A DNA stretch of 64,000 nt from an uncultured Chloroflexia bacterium (GTDB taxonomy: Bacteria; Chloroflexota; Limnocylindria; Limnocylindrales; CSP1-4): NCBI GenBank assembly GCA_963706695.1, contig CAVPNC010000003.1, positions 99,190 to 163,189 on the forward strand, given 5' to 3'. The position numbers were made by a program, and so were the translations under genes. Of the stretch, positions 60,845-64,000 are shown one piece after another. The notes under the pieces are model-generated. The model had not been told where the DNA came from and made no database searches. It saw nothing but the letters and a program-made list of their open reading frames with translations. Position 1 is the first letter of the stretch. Each line of letters begins with the position of its first letter.

Positions 60845-61795
60845 CTAGAGGAAGCCTCCGATGATGGGCGTGGAGGTGTTGATGATGTCGAGCGCGAGGG
60901 CGCGCACGTAGAGATCGACGAGGATGATGCTGAAGAGGCTCAGCCAGGCGTACGTGCCGTGGTGCACGTTGATGCGGCTGACCCACTTCCAGATGCCGTG
61001 CCGGGTCTCCGTGTAGGCGCTGCAGCTGAAGCAGTCCATGCTGCCGCCCACGAGGTGCCGGAAGGAGTGGCAGCTGCCCACGTAGAGCGTCACCAGGATG
61101 GCATCGGCCGCGATGAGGAAGACGCCCAGGCCCAGGCGGAACTGTCCGTCGTGGACCATGGAGACCACGAGGTCCCACCACAGCACGACCAACGGGATGA
61201 AGGCCAGGTAGAGCGCGAAGCGGTGCGCGTTCATGAGGATGAACGGGAACTTGTTCTCCATCGCGAAGCGCTTGTGGACGCGGGGCTCGCCCACGGCGCA
61301 GGCAGGTGGATCGAGGAAGAAGGCCTTGTAGTAGGCGCCGCGGAAGTAGTAGCAGGTGCCACGGAAGAGGACCTGGATCCAGAGTACGAGGATGGCCGCG
61401 CTGAACCAGGCGGGCAGGTTCAGGGCACCGCCGAGGTCGATGCCGAAGAAGGGTGAGTGGTAGCCCTGCGCCACGTAGTCGACGCCGAAGTAGGGGATGC
61501 CGAAGACCGCCGACAACGTGGCGTAGACGATGAAGACGAGCAGTCCCCCGGCGATGAGCGCTGGTCGGATGACCCAGCGGTCCACGCGCAGCGTCTGCCC
61601 GAACCCGCGCGGCGTGCTGCCTTCCGGCTTCGTCGCGGGCGCCGCCTCGACACGACGACCCTGCTCGACCGGCTGGGACGCGGTCACGGGCGGCGGCCTG
61701 GCTGGGGCGTGGGCGCGAGCATCATCTCCCCGGGGTTCCTCGAGTCCATGCGGTGTCGAGCCCGTCGGCGGGCGGTGGTCGCCAATGTACCGCAA
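60845..61795 (-). CDS. succinate dehydrogenase membrane anchor/cytochrome b-like subunit; start uncertain
   Basis: 316-aa ORF with a TTG start, about 5 TM segments and conserved His residues. Its position upstream of sdhA/sdhB supports the call, and from memory it resembles the actinobacterial Sdh1-type anchor. The first ~65 residues are low complexity. Confidence 0.65.
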   Translation of the reverse strand: MRYIGDHRPPTGSTPHGLEEPRGDDARAHAPARPPPVTASQPVEQGRRVEAAPATKPEGSTPRGFGQTLRVDRWVIRPALIAGGLLVFIVYATLSAVFGIPYFGVDYVAQGYHSPFFGIDLGGALNLPAWFSAAILVLWIQVLFRGTCYYFRGAYYKAFFLDPPACAVGEPRVHKRFAMENKFPFILMNAHRFALYLAFIPLVVLWWDLVVSMVHDGQFRLGLGVFLIAADAILVTLYVGSCHSFRHLVGGSMDCFSCSAYTETRHGIWKWVSRINVHHGTYAWLSLFSIILVDLYVRALALDIINTSTPIIGGFL

Positions 61796-61877
61796 TCGCC
61801 GTGACCCATTCGCGACGGATGCGCCACCAGACCGCGTTCACGTCATCGGCGCGGCCACGTTATCCTCGGAGGCGACC

Positions 61878-63049
<1,172 letters not shown>

Positions 63050-63053
<4 letters not shown>

Positions 63054-63937
63054 GCATCCTCGTCAACAAGGACACGCGCCTCGTCGTCCAGGGCATCACC
63101 GGGCGTGAGGGTGGGTTCCACGCCGGCCAGATGCTGGCGTACGGCACGAACGTGGTGGCCGGAGTGACGCCCAGGAAAGGCGGCCAGACGGCGCTCGATG
63201 GGGCCGTGCCCGTGTATGACACCTGCGCGCAGGCGGTCGCGGCGACGGGGGCCAACGCCTCGGTCATCTTCGTACCGGCCTTCGCCGCGCCGGACGCGAT
63301 CATGGAGGCCGTGGACGCAGGCATCCAAACGATCTTCGCCATCACCGAGCACATCCCTGCGCTGGACATGATCCCGGTCGTGGCCGAGGTCGCGGCACGG
63401 GGCGCTCGCCTGATCGGGCCCAACTGCCCTGGCGCGACCACGCCGGGCGAGGCCAAGGTCGGCATCATCCCGGGCTCCATCCATCGGCCCGGCCGCGTCG
63501 GGCTCGTCTCCCGCTCAGGCACGCTGACCTACGAGGTGGTGCAGGCCATGACGGACAACGACATCGGCCAATCGACCTGCGTGGGCATCGGAGGCGATCC
63601 CATCAACGGCTCGGACTTCATCGACATGCTCGAGCTCTTCGCCGCCGATCCAGACACCGATGCGGTCGTGCTCATGGGTGAGATCGGCGGCGGGGCAGAG
63701 GAAGCTGCAGCCGCATGGAAGGCTGCCCACATGCCGGACAAGCCCATGGTCGCGTTCATCGCCGGTCGGACCGCGCCTCCGGGTCGTCGCATGGGCCACG
63801 CCGGCGCCATCATCAGTGGCTCCGGCGGGACGGCCCAAGGCAAGATCAGGGCGCTGGAGGCTGCCGGCATCGGTGTGGCCGAGTCGCCGACGCAGATCCC
63901 GCGGCTGCTCATCGAAGCCGGTATCCAGCCCGACTGA
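63050..63937 (+). CDS. sucD: succinyl-CoA synthetase alpha subunit
   Basis: 295-aa ORF with [35 protein letters not shown] (phosphohistidine loop). ATGA overlap with sucC. Confidence 0.93.
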
Positions 63938-64000
63938 CCGATCGCGCCCCTACGCTCCTGGCGGGTCCTCCTTGACCGTGGCCACGGACATGTCGCGGGG

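Noticed and set aside
63938-64000. A possible 3' end of a convergent minus-strand gene after sucD (a reading frame ending at TAG near 63951).
   Set aside because: Only about 15 codons are visible, which is not enough to support a call.

Overview
This is a very GC-rich bacterial chromosomal window (third codon positions are almost all G/C). It is dominated by core housekeeping genes, and from about 13.9 to 61.8 kb nearly everything is on the minus strand.

Gene content, left to right:
- A partial amidohydrolase gene.
- A run of frameshift-interrupted genes: a GH3 hexosaminidase, a VanW-like gene, rsmI, and the carbon-nitrogen hydrolase next to an intact nadE.
- A Dpp/Opp-type peptide ABC transporter operon on the plus strand. 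Its last ATPase gene lies in a diverged ~1.17 kb tandem duplication.
- An acidic lipoprotein gene.
- A second Dpp/Opp-type operon on the minus strand, with two substrate-binding-protein genes and a frameshifted F-type ATPase.
- A NUDIX-gcvT-gcvH-gcvPA-gcvPB block.
- A DUF2520-like Rossmann protein gene and aconitase.
- A PQQ-type sugar dehydrogenase and a double-META protein.
- An adenosine deaminase fused to a cyclase-like C-terminal domain.
- tRNA-Val(CAC).
- A complete dcw cluster: mraZ-rsmH-orf67-ftsL-PBP-murF-mraY-murD-ftsW-murG-murB-ddl-ftsQ-ftsA-ftsZ-yggS-yggT-DUF167.
- Three hypothetical or secreted protein genes.
- RNase P RNA.
- A decayed ECF sigma gene.
- sdhCAB plus an RNase H gene, then sucCD.

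I saw no CRISPR array, transposase, integrase, phage gene, toxin-antitoxin pair or recognisable defence module. I cannot support a claim of a novel multi-gene system here.

The most unusual observations are:
- Nested tandem duplications at the dppF-like gene that share a breakpoint.
- All three F-type ABC ATPase copies are frameshifted.
- Broken genes are concentrated in the first 15 kb.
- The adenosine-deaminase/cyclase-like fusion.
- A translationally coupled 67-codon ORF between rsmH and ftsL.
- A textbook-looking mraZ promoter with three phased GAAGTGG repeats.
- A 32-bp tandem repeat abutting a stop codon.

Coordinates of small motifs were read by eye from the sequence lines and may be off by 1-2 nt.
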